From positions 2,170,001-2,234,000 of the forward strand of contig JBLDXI010000017.1 in assembly GCA_047495785.1 (NCBI GenBank): a DNA stretch of 64,000 nt, given 5' to 3'. The position numbers and the translations under genes are program-made. Shown here one piece after another: positions 28,523-41,730 of the stretch. The first letter of the stretch is position 1. The number at the start of each line of letters is the position of its first letter. A model generated the notes under the pieces. It searched no databases. It saw only the letters and a program-made list of their open reading frames with translations, and was not told the DNA's origin. Origin of the DNA: Lepidodermella squamata. Lineage: Eukaryota; Animalia; Gastrotricha.

Positions 28523-29552
28523 TTATTCAATTAAATCTTGACATAGGCAGAGATCATGATTTTCTATGATCAAGGGACATTTCCGGCTCTGATATCTCGA
28601 ACATGCGAATCTTGTGGCTACAAAAGAGGCGAACAGATCCAGGCTGAGTATTATCAAATTTGCCAATCCAAAGCAGCTGATTAATAGCTGAATGTCTCGG
28701 ATATAACTGTTCCAAAGAGCTTTGCCACAAGGCTGCCATTTGAGAGAAATTTTAAAAAAATTCAAAAAAATTAGGAAGTGATTTTTACCCGTTGGCAAGA
28801 TTCGGATCCAAGCTGACAATGATATTCGTAATTTTTACCAATTTCAGAAACAACTGGCAATGAATTTTCGCTGCAGGCCTGTTCGAATTCGGCTGCGCAA
28901 CATTTCTCCTGAAATTATCGAAATTATCGAGATATATAAGTGCAAGAAAATGCGGCCAAACCATGTGGTATCCGAAGCTTAATAAGCCGTTGGTTGTATT
29001 TCGGCGGATTTCTTGACGAAGCGAATTCTTCAACTTCGTAGATGCCTAAATCATAGGATGAAATTTGTAATTTTGCAATTTTTATTTATTCAAACCATAA
29101 ACCAGGAGGCTGAGAGGTACAATGATCCGACCAAAATGACGAATCCACAGGCGAAAACTATTCCAAACTTCAGAAATATTATTTTTTTAGTAAATAGCCT
29201 TTTAAATAAAATAGTTGATTTACCCATCGACAGGATCGTTTTCTCTTAGATTTTAAGCTCAGCTGATGATTTCGTTGCCAAGCTTTGTGGGTTCGTTTGA
29301 ATAGGCATAAGCATAAAAAAGGTTGTAATATTCCTGCTGCGCTTAACGCAACGTCTCTCTCGACGCGGAAGAATTTCTGAATGGCATCGTCTAAGTTGAA
29401 ATGGAAGAAGCAGAACGCTGCCAACGCTGTCACAGTCAAGACCTGAAAAACTGAAAAATGTTTGATTGAATCGCGGTTAATTACAGAATATTTACCAGTA
29501 AAATCGCATGTAAAATATATTGTGAAATTAGGAGGTTCCTATGAATAAGCAT
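28523..29552 (-). CDS. Divergent tetraspanin (CCA variant), tandem paralog of the HECT-fused copy
   Basis: MLIHRNLLISQYILHAILL|...|ASTKLKNSLRQEIRRNTTNGLLSFGYHM|EKCCAA...C...C...C|PCGKALWNSYI-TM4-Cys-rich tail; intron positions match the neighbouring gene. Confidence 0.8.
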
Positions 29553-30244
29553 CCGCTGCTATTTGTATATTCCTATTAGGACTTGAGAAATACTACAGTG
29601 TAGAGTTGACAAAAAAAAACGCGAATGGAAAATGCACGACTCGCTCGATACGAAATGCACACGCGTGCCAATAAATTACACAGCGCAATAATATATATGA
29701 GTAAAATACTAATAATTTCAGACGCACGCAGTGGAATATGGATGAATCATCAAAATTGCGCGAATCCGATTTTTTCCAGCAAAAATTCCCGTTCCTTACG
29801 CTTAATTATATTGTACAAGAATTGTTTGCGGTAAAATGTTCACTATCAGTATATTTAATGCGAGGGATTCCAACTGGGTTCCCGGGGACACTAATGTGAA
29901 AAACTTTTCAAATTTTGTCGCTCATATTAGACATAATTTACTAAATTTAGCCAATTATGTCTATGGTCTCAAGCCAAAAGCGGCTGAGAAACAAAAACAA
30001 AAGCCATTTTAATTGTCACCCGTGACCTTGAAATAGATGCTAACAACCGTAAATCCGAGTTATTCAACGCGACGCTAACGATATACAGTTTCCTTCGTAT
30101 AAAATGAAGAAATGAAAATGGTCGAAAATCAAGGTGATCGATTGAAAACAGGGCACGTGCTTCAACCAGCCTACAGCACGTGCTCGTTGAATCTTAAACG
30201 TTGAAGTCCATTCATTTTCACCATAAAAAAATTATAACCAAAAA

Positions 30245-31654
30245 ATGGCGTTACTACTTTTCCTACTTTCAATCATCGCAATCCATTTAGCTTCTGGTAA
30301 CCCGGTTATAGATCCAGAAGCGTTCTGTTTATCGGTTAAAAACCAGCGAAATTCGCGAGATGTCTACGGTGTTCACAATGAATGCCACACCTATGTTCAA
30401 TGCTTCTTTGCCAGCGAGACAACGGCAATCGGTTACGTTAAAACATGCCAGCCTGGGACTTATTGGAGCGACAAGAAGCACAGCTGCGTTCTTGAGGGCC
30501 ACTCACCCTGCACGCCCCACCCGTGCGAATCGCCTCATTTAGCCCTGTTCGGCCGGTACCAACTCGGCGGCATGCCTTGCAACATGTTCTTCCTCTGCGG
30601 ATTCTCCGAGACTCAATGCTGCGACCAGGACCAGCGTTTCAACCGCGAGACAGGCGAGTGCGATTTCGACCCATCTTGCCGCGAAACCTGCTCACCCCAG
30701 GCGCTGTTCGTCCCAGAACCAGTCCGCCTTTCACCCACCACCTGCCGCGATATCTACGACAGCGTTTTGTCATCCCAGCCTAACCCCCGCAAATTCCTAC
30801 TTGGCGATGCTATCTTCGAATGTGCGGCTGGGTCTGAATTCGACCTTGAAACTTGCCGCTGTAATAAGCAGGTCGAAACAGTCACGCCCCGTATTCGAGT
30901 CGGCTACCAATGCCAGTTGTGGATGCCGTTCGATTACGACCTGGTCGATCATTCAACCTCCGACTTTTCGACCAACACCCACGATGGAGCTTCTCTGGAC
31001 AAACGGGCGATGGCTCGAGGCTTGGGCTCTCTTCGAGTTCAAGGCGGCGATGTTTCGATCCCAAGTTCGCCAAGTGTTGATCTGAACTACTTTTCCGAAG
31101 CTACGTGGTGCTTCTTTTTCAGGTGATTCATCAATTTTAGTTATAGAAACTTCAATTACTCATTTTTTCAGATGTGACGATTGCGAGAACGGTGCAATTA
31201 TTTCTAATAATCCCGACGAATTTCTATCAGAATTTTCTTACATTGCCGCTTTGCGTTCGGGTCGCTTGGTTACACGGCTTGGAACCGATGCCAATCCGGG
31301 ACCTTTGTCATTCAAGCTATCGCCGAGCCAATCTGTCGGTGGTTGGTACCAAGTTTGCACAGTTTGGGAGGTTTCCCAAATGCGAACCTACATCAACGGC
31401 GTAATTTTTTAATTAATTAATTAATTTTTGTTTCAATTTTTTTAATTCAGCTTTTGGTTTCGACTGAACGTGCAGCTGGCAATCTGACCCTGAGCAACCA
31501 CCCCTATGTCCTAGGATCTGACCCGATGTATGGCAACTTCAACGGCCATATCGATGAAGTTTTGGTCTGTAACCACGCTTTATCGACGCGTGCCATCATT
31601 GCCCATTACCTTGGCGATCAGGAGACCCTTCGCAACCTGGGATTAATTCCGTGA
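30245..31654 (+). CDS. Secreted PIF/BMSP-like protein: chitin-binding type-2 domains plus LamG/ConA-like domain (3 exons)
   Basis: Signal peptide; ECHTYVQC...CQPGTYW....CV (ChtBD2) and CAAGSEFDLETCRC; CQLWMPFD, WYQVCTVW, TYING, FNGHIDEV (LamG3); introns 31123-31171 and 31401-31450. Confidence 0.8.
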
Positions 31655-31758
31655 AAACCCTAATGGGTTCAAAGACTTTCGATCGTAACTGCCAGGCAGT
31701 TTCTCTTTATTTTTTGCGTGAATTGAATATAAATAAAACTATATATTTAATTGAAAAG

Positions 31759-32894
31759 CTAAATTTTTCGGTTGAATTCTTCAACAGCAAAATCGTCATT
31801 GGATACGCTGAGATAGTCACCGTTCAACAGTTGTTTCTGAGGCGGAGTATATTCATCCGTTTCATGTGTCGTAACACTGAAAGCATCGACGTAGTTTGGG
31901 TCGTAGTATTGCAGCAGTTCGGGCGGCGTGTCCATGCCAAAGTACATGGCGAAGATGAAAATTAAGCCAATCATCATCTATAAAATCACAAGAAAAGCCT
32001 CTCGTTTAGAATAGGGATGAAACTAAAATCGAACAATACCCCAAGGACACCGCTGATAAAAGCTAGAATAGTGCTTATGAATCGATAAGGCATGATAATT
32101 TGCATCCAAAGCTCGTCAAGACATCCCTGTAAAAAGAAATTATTCTAGTAGCTGGCCAAAAAGGTTCAGCCAACCTTTGTGCATAAATGAGAATTTCTCG
32201 GGCAAAGGGAGAAAGTTTCCGTGTCGTTCGGCCGGTTTTCATAGGGTGGATAACTTGCCGAACAAATCGTTTCATTTGTGATGCCACAACAGCGAAACTA
32301 AAATTTTACGTAATTTTTCAATGAAATATTTCTTCGAAATCTAACCGTATAATGAGAATATGAGAGCAGGCCTTCTTTGAACTTTTCCTTAGCCTCTGTA
32401 TTCATGATCCTTTTCACGCCATCGAAGTTCTGAAATTGTCATAATATTGACAGAATTTGAAGCTAGAATTCGTTCAATCTTACGTATCCCCGGCTCGGTA
32501 TTGCGAAAAATAGCGATAGCACAGAAATAAGAGCCACGGTTGTTACAAATGTTCGCTCCTGTTATTCAAAATTAGACGTTTCAATTAATTTTTAAATAAT
32601 TCGAACTTTGTGCGACAAAAGGGCGATGAAAGATGAATCATCTGACGTGCTGCGATTTTTAGCTGGCGCTGGTGATTCTTCGTCCTCGCGTAAGAAATAC
32701 GTGTAAAACCAGCCGAGGGTGATGCATAGCAGTCCGATTATGATTAAAACGACAGAGTCTGCGATGAAAATTGACATCAACGACCATCCGGCGTCGTACG
32801 TTCGATACACCAGGATAGAACCCCAAGCTATATCGCCTAGTCCAAGTAGAACGAAGCTGATCGAAAGAAAGCTTTTAATCGAAAAGTGGAGCAT
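31759..32894 (-). CDS. Divergent tetraspanin with a long acidic, Tyr-rich C-terminal tail
   Basis: Four TMs; EC2 ...EGLLSYSHYT|FRCCGITNETICSASYPPY...LCPRNSHLCTK|GCLDELW; GT-AG introns. Confidence 0.85.
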
Positions 32895-34493
32895 TTTTTT
32901 TAATAGGAAAATTTGGGCTGGAGATTAAAAAGTCGTTTTTTGCTCGTCTTTAGCTCAGCGTTTCGAGAACAAATGATTAGACAGGCACCCGATTCGCACG
33001 CTTTAAAGCATTATCTGCTCTCATATATACTTGTCTGGGCAAACTCCGCCGGTATTATCAGCTCATTATTTCCAAAGTGCGTTTTTTTCTCAAGTCCATC
33101 ATATCCACCTTTGTGGTCACGCTATCTCCCGAATTGCGATAATATTGCTACCGCTTACATGTGATAAGCTTCATCGCACTTGAAATGTGAATTTTTTCCA
33201 CTTCATCTGAAAGCTGATCAAACACCACTTTATTTACAAAGGCAAAGGCAAAAGCTTCAATTTCATTTTTTGTTAGGATATATTTTACGGCTTCACTGTT
33301 TCTTTAATTTCTCTAATTTGAGTCACCCGATGCGTCATCATCTGAATAAGCTGTTGGTTTCGGAATAATGGGAATAATGCGATTCGCGGTATACAAGTAC
33401 TTATACGAACTCGAGTGCGCGTCAAGTTTTTTCTTTTTCAATAGCATTGTCGCTGCTGCTGCTGCTTTGCAGCGACGTGATGCGACAATTACGGGGTTTC
33501 TCGGTACGAACTAACACGGCCTCTCATTACTAGCGAGCCACTTTGAGGCTTTGACAGCTCATCTTTCACCGCTGTATTATTGCTATTTTGCAGTTTCACG
33601 GGCTATTTAAAATAATATAGTGCTATAATTCTCTTACACGCGTATATATGAAAGCGCGACGTTTTCCGCTCAAGACGCGCACGAATAAATTCCGAAAAAT
33701 AGTCTCTTGATATATAGCCGCCAATCCTTAGAAAAATCGTGTTTAAAAAGCTGTGATATATCAATCCTTTTTTATATTAATTTCTCCACCTTAATATTTT
33801 GTAACCTATTTAAGTTGAGTGTTATCTCTATTTGGTGATATAGCAATTGCCAACAGCACACACGTGCGGAGTTTTTTCCTTATCTCAAAACAGCTAAAAT
33901 GCTGAAGATAATGACGTATCCCGGGCGAGCATTTTTACATATAAACCCCACAGCATATTTACCTGATGAGTAGCGTTTATATGTTGTAGGGAGCCGTGTG
34001 TTTTGACGTTTAAATAGGAAATACGAGGGCTAAACAATATAACTTTTCAATAAACAAATTTGTTAATAGCTGTTGAACATCAAGTTCAGTAATCAGGTAA
34101 ACTTTTTAGTCGCATGATATTTATTTTCATTCAACAGAGTGAACCGTTATTTACAAAACAATAATACTATTCGCTTTCTTGCCTTATTTTTCCGTCGGCA
34201 TTAGCGGCGCCAAAAACAATAGCGGAAACACAACAAAAAAATCAATCGAATTTATGCGTCACCCTATGTACTTGTGTGCTGTGGGCATTTTACGGTTTTA
34301 TTATAATATATACCTGCATTTTTACGCAAGGTAAAATGCAAGATAATAATAATAATAATGTTCATGTATGTTTGTTTGAGTTTGATCGATTTCTACGTTG
34401 TACTCGGCTCTCGTTATCGCAGTAGTATATAGCAATTCATTGACTTGAGAAAAGATGGTTCAGGCAATTTTTTCTTAATTGATAGGAATTTAT

Positions 34494-35676
34494 ATGGACG
34501 TAAACTATCAAGCCCTTTTTACTGCTTACCTGGTGCTACTTATTGTAAGTTTTTGGCTTAATCGAAGTAAATTTTTATGATGGTATTTTTCCAAGATTTT
34601 CGGCGTTATTGCTTTTGCATGCCTCGTCGCCCTTTACCTGACAATACCCGTGCTACTACATCCTTACTTCTACGCTGATGGAGCTATTTTATTAGCGACC
34701 GGACTTATCCAGGTCACATGTGGCATTTTACTCATTGCCGTTGATCGAAATCGATGCTGCTGCGCCAAAGATTCTGTCATGAGTGCTTTGAAGGTGATTT
34801 CAAGTTTCAAAATCCTGTTCGAAAAAACTACCTTAATTTATTTTTTAGACTGTTATATTCCCAGCTTCAATGGTTCTGTTTGCAATCATGTGGGTTGCTA
34901 TGTTGGCCGTACCTCATAATGTAATAATTTCCTGATATTAAATTCTGAATTTTTAAATTATTTCTGTTTCAGAATTTCCCCCATTTGAAAGAAGGGTTAT
35001 TGGACGAAGTGAGACGAAACGAAACTGACGGCGTGCTTCGATTGGGTCACCAAGTCGTAAGTTCCATCGGAAAATTCCCCATAATTATTCGATTTCGGTT
35101 CTTTTTTCATATAGTTTCAGTGCTGTGGAATCGACAGTGAACAAGCTTGCAGTAGGAACTACCTTCCAGTGTGGAATGAAGATGGCAGTACTTTCGATTA
35201 TTTATGCCCTAAATCTTCGCCATATTGCCAAAAAGTAGGAAATCGAACTTCAAAATTAAAAATGAGAAACTATTTAAATTTCAATTTTTCTATAGGGATG
35301 TGCGGTTCCAATTTTCCAGTCAATGATATTGCCTTATCGACCTATTGAAATGGCCCTTGGGTTATTCGGCCTGCTTTTACTGGTAAAAAATTAATATTTC
35401 GAATTTTTTCATATTTTATTCGAATTATTTTTATAGGCTGTTTGCCCGCTAGTCTATGCGATATCGCGGTGTCGTAATTACATGTGCCCACCAATTGCCC
35501 GTCAAGACTCGCCCTCCGAGTCGATGCATGCGTCTTCAGTGGCCGGGGATGATTACATAATTGCCGACGATCTAATACCCCTGTACCCGCGGCCAAATGA
35601 GCTCAATCCTGTTCTAAAATCACTGATTCATACGCCCAAGCCGCTACCAGGAGGCGCGCAAGCTGAAAATTCGTGA
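34494..35676 (+). CDS. Divergent tetraspanin
   Basis: MDVNYQALF...; four TMs; EVRRNETDGVLRLGHQV|FQCCGIDSEQAC...LCPKSSPYCQK|GCAVP; juxtamembrane CCC; long C-terminal tail. Confidence 0.85.
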
Positions 35677-35844
35677 TAGTAATAATGTCAAAACTCACAG
35701 TCATGCAGCTTTCACGCGTCACTCGAATAAGGAGACAATTTTTATAAAAATTTGTTGGAGAAATGAATAATTTATTTGTATGAATACTGCTTTTGAAACA
35801 TATATGAAATGAAAATATGGACTCATATATTTTATTTTCAATAA

Positions 35845-38800
35845 TTATACGAGGATTTGCATAGCTGGGTTGAAAGTTGGCATTGGGATTTCGAGTTTCA
35901 AGAAATAGGCCTTATTCGACTCATCGATCCTGCCACCGCGTGAACCCTTCGCTGCCAGATAATTCGCCACAATGTCATGGCCGCAAATTTCCGCCAGCAT
36001 TTTAGCATTAGCGCCATGAACAGATTTCGCATTTACATCGGCGCCAACTGCCACCAGGTACCTAGCTACATCCAAACTACCAGCTCTTGCAGCCGACATT
36101 AGAGCTGTTAAACCAGTTGATTCTGTTCTAGCGTTAGGTTCAGCGCCGTTGGCTACCAGCCAGCGAACGATGTCAAGTTTTGATGAATAGGACGCAATCA
36201 TCAGCGCCGTCCAACCGCTTTTTGACCGGACAGATAAATCGGCCCCGCTATGCCGTAGATATTCCAACAGTTCCACGGAGCAGTTTTTCGAGGCACATGC
36301 TACTAAAAACGGCGTCGAGCCATCTTCCAGTAATCTGGCTGATAAACTAGCCCCGCGGTTAATCAACAATTTAACCATGGGTAAATACGCATTTGTAACG
36401 GCCTGGAATAACATTTTATCCTTAACAATGCGATAGTCGAGATTGCCAGCGCGGTCGAGCAGATACTCGACAATTTCCATGTGATTGTGTGCCGTTGCGA
36501 TTAGGAGAGATGTCCCTTGTTGGCGATCGGCCTGTTCGTAGGCTGACATAGCTTCAAGCATGTCAACCATTTCAAGCGAACCACGCTGAACAGCGATTTT
36601 GAAAGCGTTAAGGCCGTTTTCGCCCTTTGCTGTGACATCGGCGCCAAACTCGAGCAACGCCTTAGCAACTTCGAGCGCGTCGTTAGCAACGGCGGCGTGC
36701 AAAGCGTTTACGCCGCTTATATCGGCCTCATATCGGCACACCAATAATTGAACTGCATCTAAAAAAATTAAATTTCGAAGTTATATTCTAAATTTAAAAA
36801 AATTAAAATTATTTTGAAAAATTCGAAAAATTTGAAAAATTAAAATTCCTCCTTAAAATTGTTAAGCTATCTTTCGTACCTAAATTGCCATTTCGGCATG
36901 CCGCTACTAGGGGCGATTCACCCTTCGCATCACAGGCCTCAACATCGGCGTCAAGTTCGCACAATGCCCCTACGACATCAACATCGCCACGTTCCGCCGC
37001 AATGATGAGCGCCGTTTTTTCATCGTCCCAGGTCGCGCTTTCGAAATTGACCTCCTCAGCCGCAAGTCTTCGTATCACCTTAACATGGCCGTACTTGGCT
37101 GCAACCATGACCGCCGACCACCCAGCCGCGTCTTTCTCGTCGATGACGGCGCCGTGTTTGATGAGAAAATCAACAATTTCAACCGCCCCGCGTTCCGAAG
37201 CCGCGATAATCGGCGTGACCCCATGTAAATTCGCAACATTCACATTGGCCTCGTTTTGCAATAAATACTCAACTACGTCGCTGTAACCATTTCGACTGGC
37301 CATAATTAGAGCGGTGTCGCCTGTTTTCGGGTCTGACGTAGCTGGTAGATCAGCGCCGTTCCAGTGAAGAAATCTAACAACATCGGCGTGACCATTCGCG
37401 CAAGCCGCGAGTAGAGCCGACCCGATTTCGCTTTCTTCGGCATTTTTTATTAATTTATGTACGACGTGTAGTTGCCCTTTAATAGCTGCGACGTAGAGTC
37501 GGCGAGTATTACCAGCTAATCTAGCTTCTTCTGCCCAGAAGAACCGTTCGTTGACAAACCCAACTAGCTGCATGGCTCCGATTTCTTGGAATAAACGCAC
37601 GAGTTTTTTGTGGCTGGGGGAAGGTTCGGTATTGCTTTCCATAACTTGTCTCAATAGACAATCCGAAGAGGAGTCGGGCAATGTGAGAATATTCACGACT
37701 CCAGATAAGCCAATTTCTAATAAAAAATTTAAATACAAGAAAAATTGGCTTTTTTCAATTTTACCAGCTTCGCACAATTTCGCCACATAATCAAAGAGCA
37801 GACTTGACGAAAATTCGCGAGGGACATTCGTTGCGTTGTAAATCCTTTGCAAAAGCGGGCTTTTATTTCGCGCATCTGGTCGTTCCTTCGCAAAGTTTTC
37901 CAACATTTCCACACTAGATGAGGCAACAATTTGCCGCAATATCGCCTGTAGGCCCTCTTCAATCGCTCGATTCAGTAATTGGCGTTTTATCAAGTTGCGC
38001 CGGACCTCTTCAACGGATTTTTTGCTGAATTTTACCACAGCTTCGTATAACCAGGATGGAATAGTAAATTCGCCAGGTTTTTCCTGCCGAATTATGCCGA
38101 TTTCCTCCCAAATTCTACATTTGTTTTCGACTGCTTCCTGAGACATCTCCAGTAGTAACATCATTTCTTCGAGTTTGTAGGCGGATCCAGCTTTGAAAAA
38201 TAATAGGCGAAGATAACTGTCCGAACTATCTTGTAGTAATGCCTCAAGACATAATTCTAGAATAACTTCCATCTCAGGCAGACGGGGGTAATTCTTCAAA
38301 AGGCTAATCAGCACGTCAGCAGATGGAGTTCTCACGATTTTTTGGAAAAAATCTGCCAAAATCGGCGAACCCTGCGCGCATTGAGCTAGAAATTCGACAT
38401 CGCAAGATTCCAAGCTCGAGGAATACGCTGCAGACTGTCCGATCGTCTTCGCAACAAAATCGAGTGGAATTTCATTAATTGGGACGTCGCTTATCATAAA
38501 TGATTTGTATTTAGGCGTGGCTAGTACATGTTCGACGTCCCGAGTTACCAGAACGCACCGCAGCGATTTTGACTTCAAATCTACAAGTGCATCGATTATG
38601 TGGCTGTCTACGAATTGGCATTCGAGGATGAGTAGGAATCTATGGTGTCGATCAAGCATTGATTCGTCGATGAAGCTGCCGAGAAGGCGAGGCAAAATCG
38701 TAGACGATTTCAGGACCGAATCTTTTACACTCCCATTTATGACTTCCTGGGCGCCACGAGCAACGTCTCGGATCAGTGATTTTCGATCTGGCATTGGGGC

Positions 38801-40283
38801 GGTTCGATAAGACAACCGGAGGACATATTGAACCCCGCAGTCGGTGGCCGAAAATCTTTCGAAGCTTTGATCAGAAAATAAATGGTTCAGCAATGAACTC
38901 TTTCCAATCCCGCAAGGTCCAGTAACACCCATCGCAGCTAGGAAAAGAAATAATTAAAAAATAATTAATTAGAAATAAATTGTTTACCGAATTTTTCCCG
39001 ATGGCAAAGCTCCTTAATAGCGTTAGAAATCCTTTGCTCGTCGGAATATCGACGGAAATACCCCGAGTAAGGCCTGCAGATGCCCAATTTTTTGAAAATC
39101 CTGAAAAAATCCATTAAAATTATTTTTTCCTCAGGAAAATCGAATTTTACCGAACAGTCTCCATCTCCGGGGTGAGCGGGAAATCTGCCGCTAAGACCCG
39201 TTGAATCTCGTGGAAAATTGCAGTTGCTGATTTCGGAAAATTGCTAGCTTGGGAAAAATCGATGATTCGAATGTTCGGGATAAGATCAGCGATCCAACTG
39301 TTGTCTTTACTAGTCCCTTTGGCGTCGAACGCTTCTTCGGTCGAAATCGCGATGACAAGTTTATTCTTATGCCGAATAGCTTTTGTGGCTTCGTTACGAC
39401 AAGTTGTGCATCGTTTATAGGAATTGCTAACGCACATCAGAAAAATATCGGCCTCTGTCAGCAAAATGTCCTAATATAGGAAAATTCGATTTTACAGGCA
39501 ATTTTTATTGGATCAAAAAAACTAACGTCACTAATTTCAGGTTGAACTAGCGGATCGTCACCCGGATTTTTCAGAACTTCCCAACCTTGAGCAATGAGGA
39601 ATTTGGCCAGCTCCGTCAGTGCAGGCTTTCGTTTATCGTAACGGTAGTAACTCATTAAAATCTTGACAGCCGAATCGCGTTTTGATTGGTCATTTATCGG
39701 CGGCAAAGGCGTACATAAACCCGAGGTAAGCGCCGTACTCATTAGGCTACTCAACAGGCTTGTATCAGGCGTTTTGTCAGACCCAATGCTTTCGACGACT
39801 AGAGGAGACATTTTTCCTATTAAAAATTTGAAATTTTTTTAATTCTTACAGCTTTTGTTGAGGGAGTGATGTAACGGTAGCAAAGTTGGTGGAGCGTATT
39901 TTGAGGTTTTGACTCGATCAGACATTGGAATCTGCCTCGGTGAGATATCGCCCGGTTTCCGGTCCGAAAAAGGCCCGGAGACTTTCGGTTTTTTCGGTAG
40001 ACTGATTCTAGGCACTACCGCTGGTGGTGATTTCGAACTTGGAAAGCTCCGATTATAACCGAATTTCGGAATATTTTCCCGATTCACAACGCTGATCGTC
40101 GAAGCTACGTTGCCGTTAAATTTTTCCAGTGCAGCTAATGGCGATGCTGGAAAATTTAATAATTAACGCAGGGATGTGGAAAAAATGGGAATATTCACAT
40201 CGATTCAGCTTCGGAGATTTCGAGCTCGGAGGTTCGCCAAACGCTACGTAGCGATACGAATTCATGTTGACCGGAACTGTCAT
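35845..40283 (-). CDS. NLR-like STAND protein: TIR - NB-ARC-like P-loop NTPase - ankyrin repeats (multi-exon)
   Basis: Pro/Ser-rich N-terminus; TIR_2-like KILMSY...|...FLMCVSNSYKRCTTCRNEA...SWI...IIDFS...F; Walker A GPCGIGKS; Walker-B-like RFLLILE; LVTRD; AQGSPI (GxP); about 14 C-terminal ankyrin repeats; TIR-NTPase and ankyrin junctions checked in frame. Confidence 0.82.
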
Positions 40284-41730
40284 ATTATTTTATGTTATTT
40301 CAGCGCAATCGAGTATAATATAATTGACGCAAAAAATACCGCGCGGAAGATGACGCGCGTTGTTAAGTAGCGACGCATGTTGAGTTTCTGCCGTTGTGCC
40401 GACTTTTCTGTATGTGGCGCGCGACCAATCGATGGCTATTAATGATTGCCTATCGCGTTTAGGGCGCATCAAAGTCGCTAGTGAAAACAATTATTGGCTA
40501 TAATTAGGCGGTTGCCTCGAAGCAGGTGATTTGTCTTGTGCGTTTGACTTCTGTTTTCGAAAGAAGCATTATATAATATTTTTTCTACACGCACTGCGAG
40601 CGGCCTCCGCAAAATAAGCAGCAGGTGCCAAGGCAAAATCAATGAACAGGTGCTATGAAAACATGCGCATTTTTTATATAGCGAATCTGCCTTAATAATG
40701 CAAGCTTTGCAACAACAAGCACTGCGAAATAGGGTTTTCTGATTACTATTCGATGCGTGGCTGCTGCGCTTGGATCGAATAATTTATTCATTTATGCAGC
40801 TGAGGTTGTTAGGCAACTTGGGAAAAACTAGACAGCAATTACTTAAAAATCTTTGAATAAACTCATCAGAAGTTTCATTCGTCTTGGATAATCTGAGAGA
40901 ATAAATTACAAGAGTTTGCGGGCGTAATTGCTTCTAAATAAATAAAAAGCAGACGCGGGATTCCGGAAGAGCCTGGGTTCGAGCCAAGGTCGGCTTGGTC
41001 GACTGAACAAGAATTACGGTTGAAAAAAGGCGAAAATTAACATTGCTCAAGAGCTACTACGTCACATCGAACATGAAGGTCAGAGCTTCCCTAGTTGAAT
41101 CAACATTGAAATAAATCTGGTTCCATGATTTCAAATAAAAGACAATAAACCACTATTCCAACTTCTCTTGACCATTGGTACTCTCTCATATGCCTCATTA
41201 ATTTGTGATTAATTCATAGCGTTGGCCAGGTTCACAATAAATTCATGAATTGTGGCGAATTCTCATGTCGATTTTCATTTTATAAGTAAAATGTCAAGGC
41301 ATCTTATCTCTTTGCAGTTCACAGGTTACAGTATTATTCCATGAGTGCCGATTACTACTCGCCATTTCGGCTTAAATCTGCCTTCTGCTCTAAATTCTTT
41401 GATGATCAAATTTAGGTAAATTCTCTTCCTATTTCCTTCAAGTCTCAAGCTAATATTCCCGCTATTTTCAAAGTCGCGCGCGAGTTATTGATTATATCAG
41501 CAGTTATTCATTGCGCAGGTCAAAAACAGTCCTTCGTGTACCGCACGTGCAATTTTACACGTTTTTGACCTATTTTTAGCATTCAGGCATATAAAAGATA
41601 ACATACGCGCAGTTTTATACTGCAATTCACATTAAAAGGAATATCAGATTAAAAAGGTAGCCGCGATACTCTTTGAAATAATTGTTCATTCACTTCGACT
41701 TCGTAAATTCGATTTTATTCAGCTAATATT

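Noticed and set aside
40950-41000. tRNA-like GGTTCGAGCC B-box with a short stem
   Set aside because: No acceptor stem or D-arm could be folded; at most a tRNA-derived SINE relic
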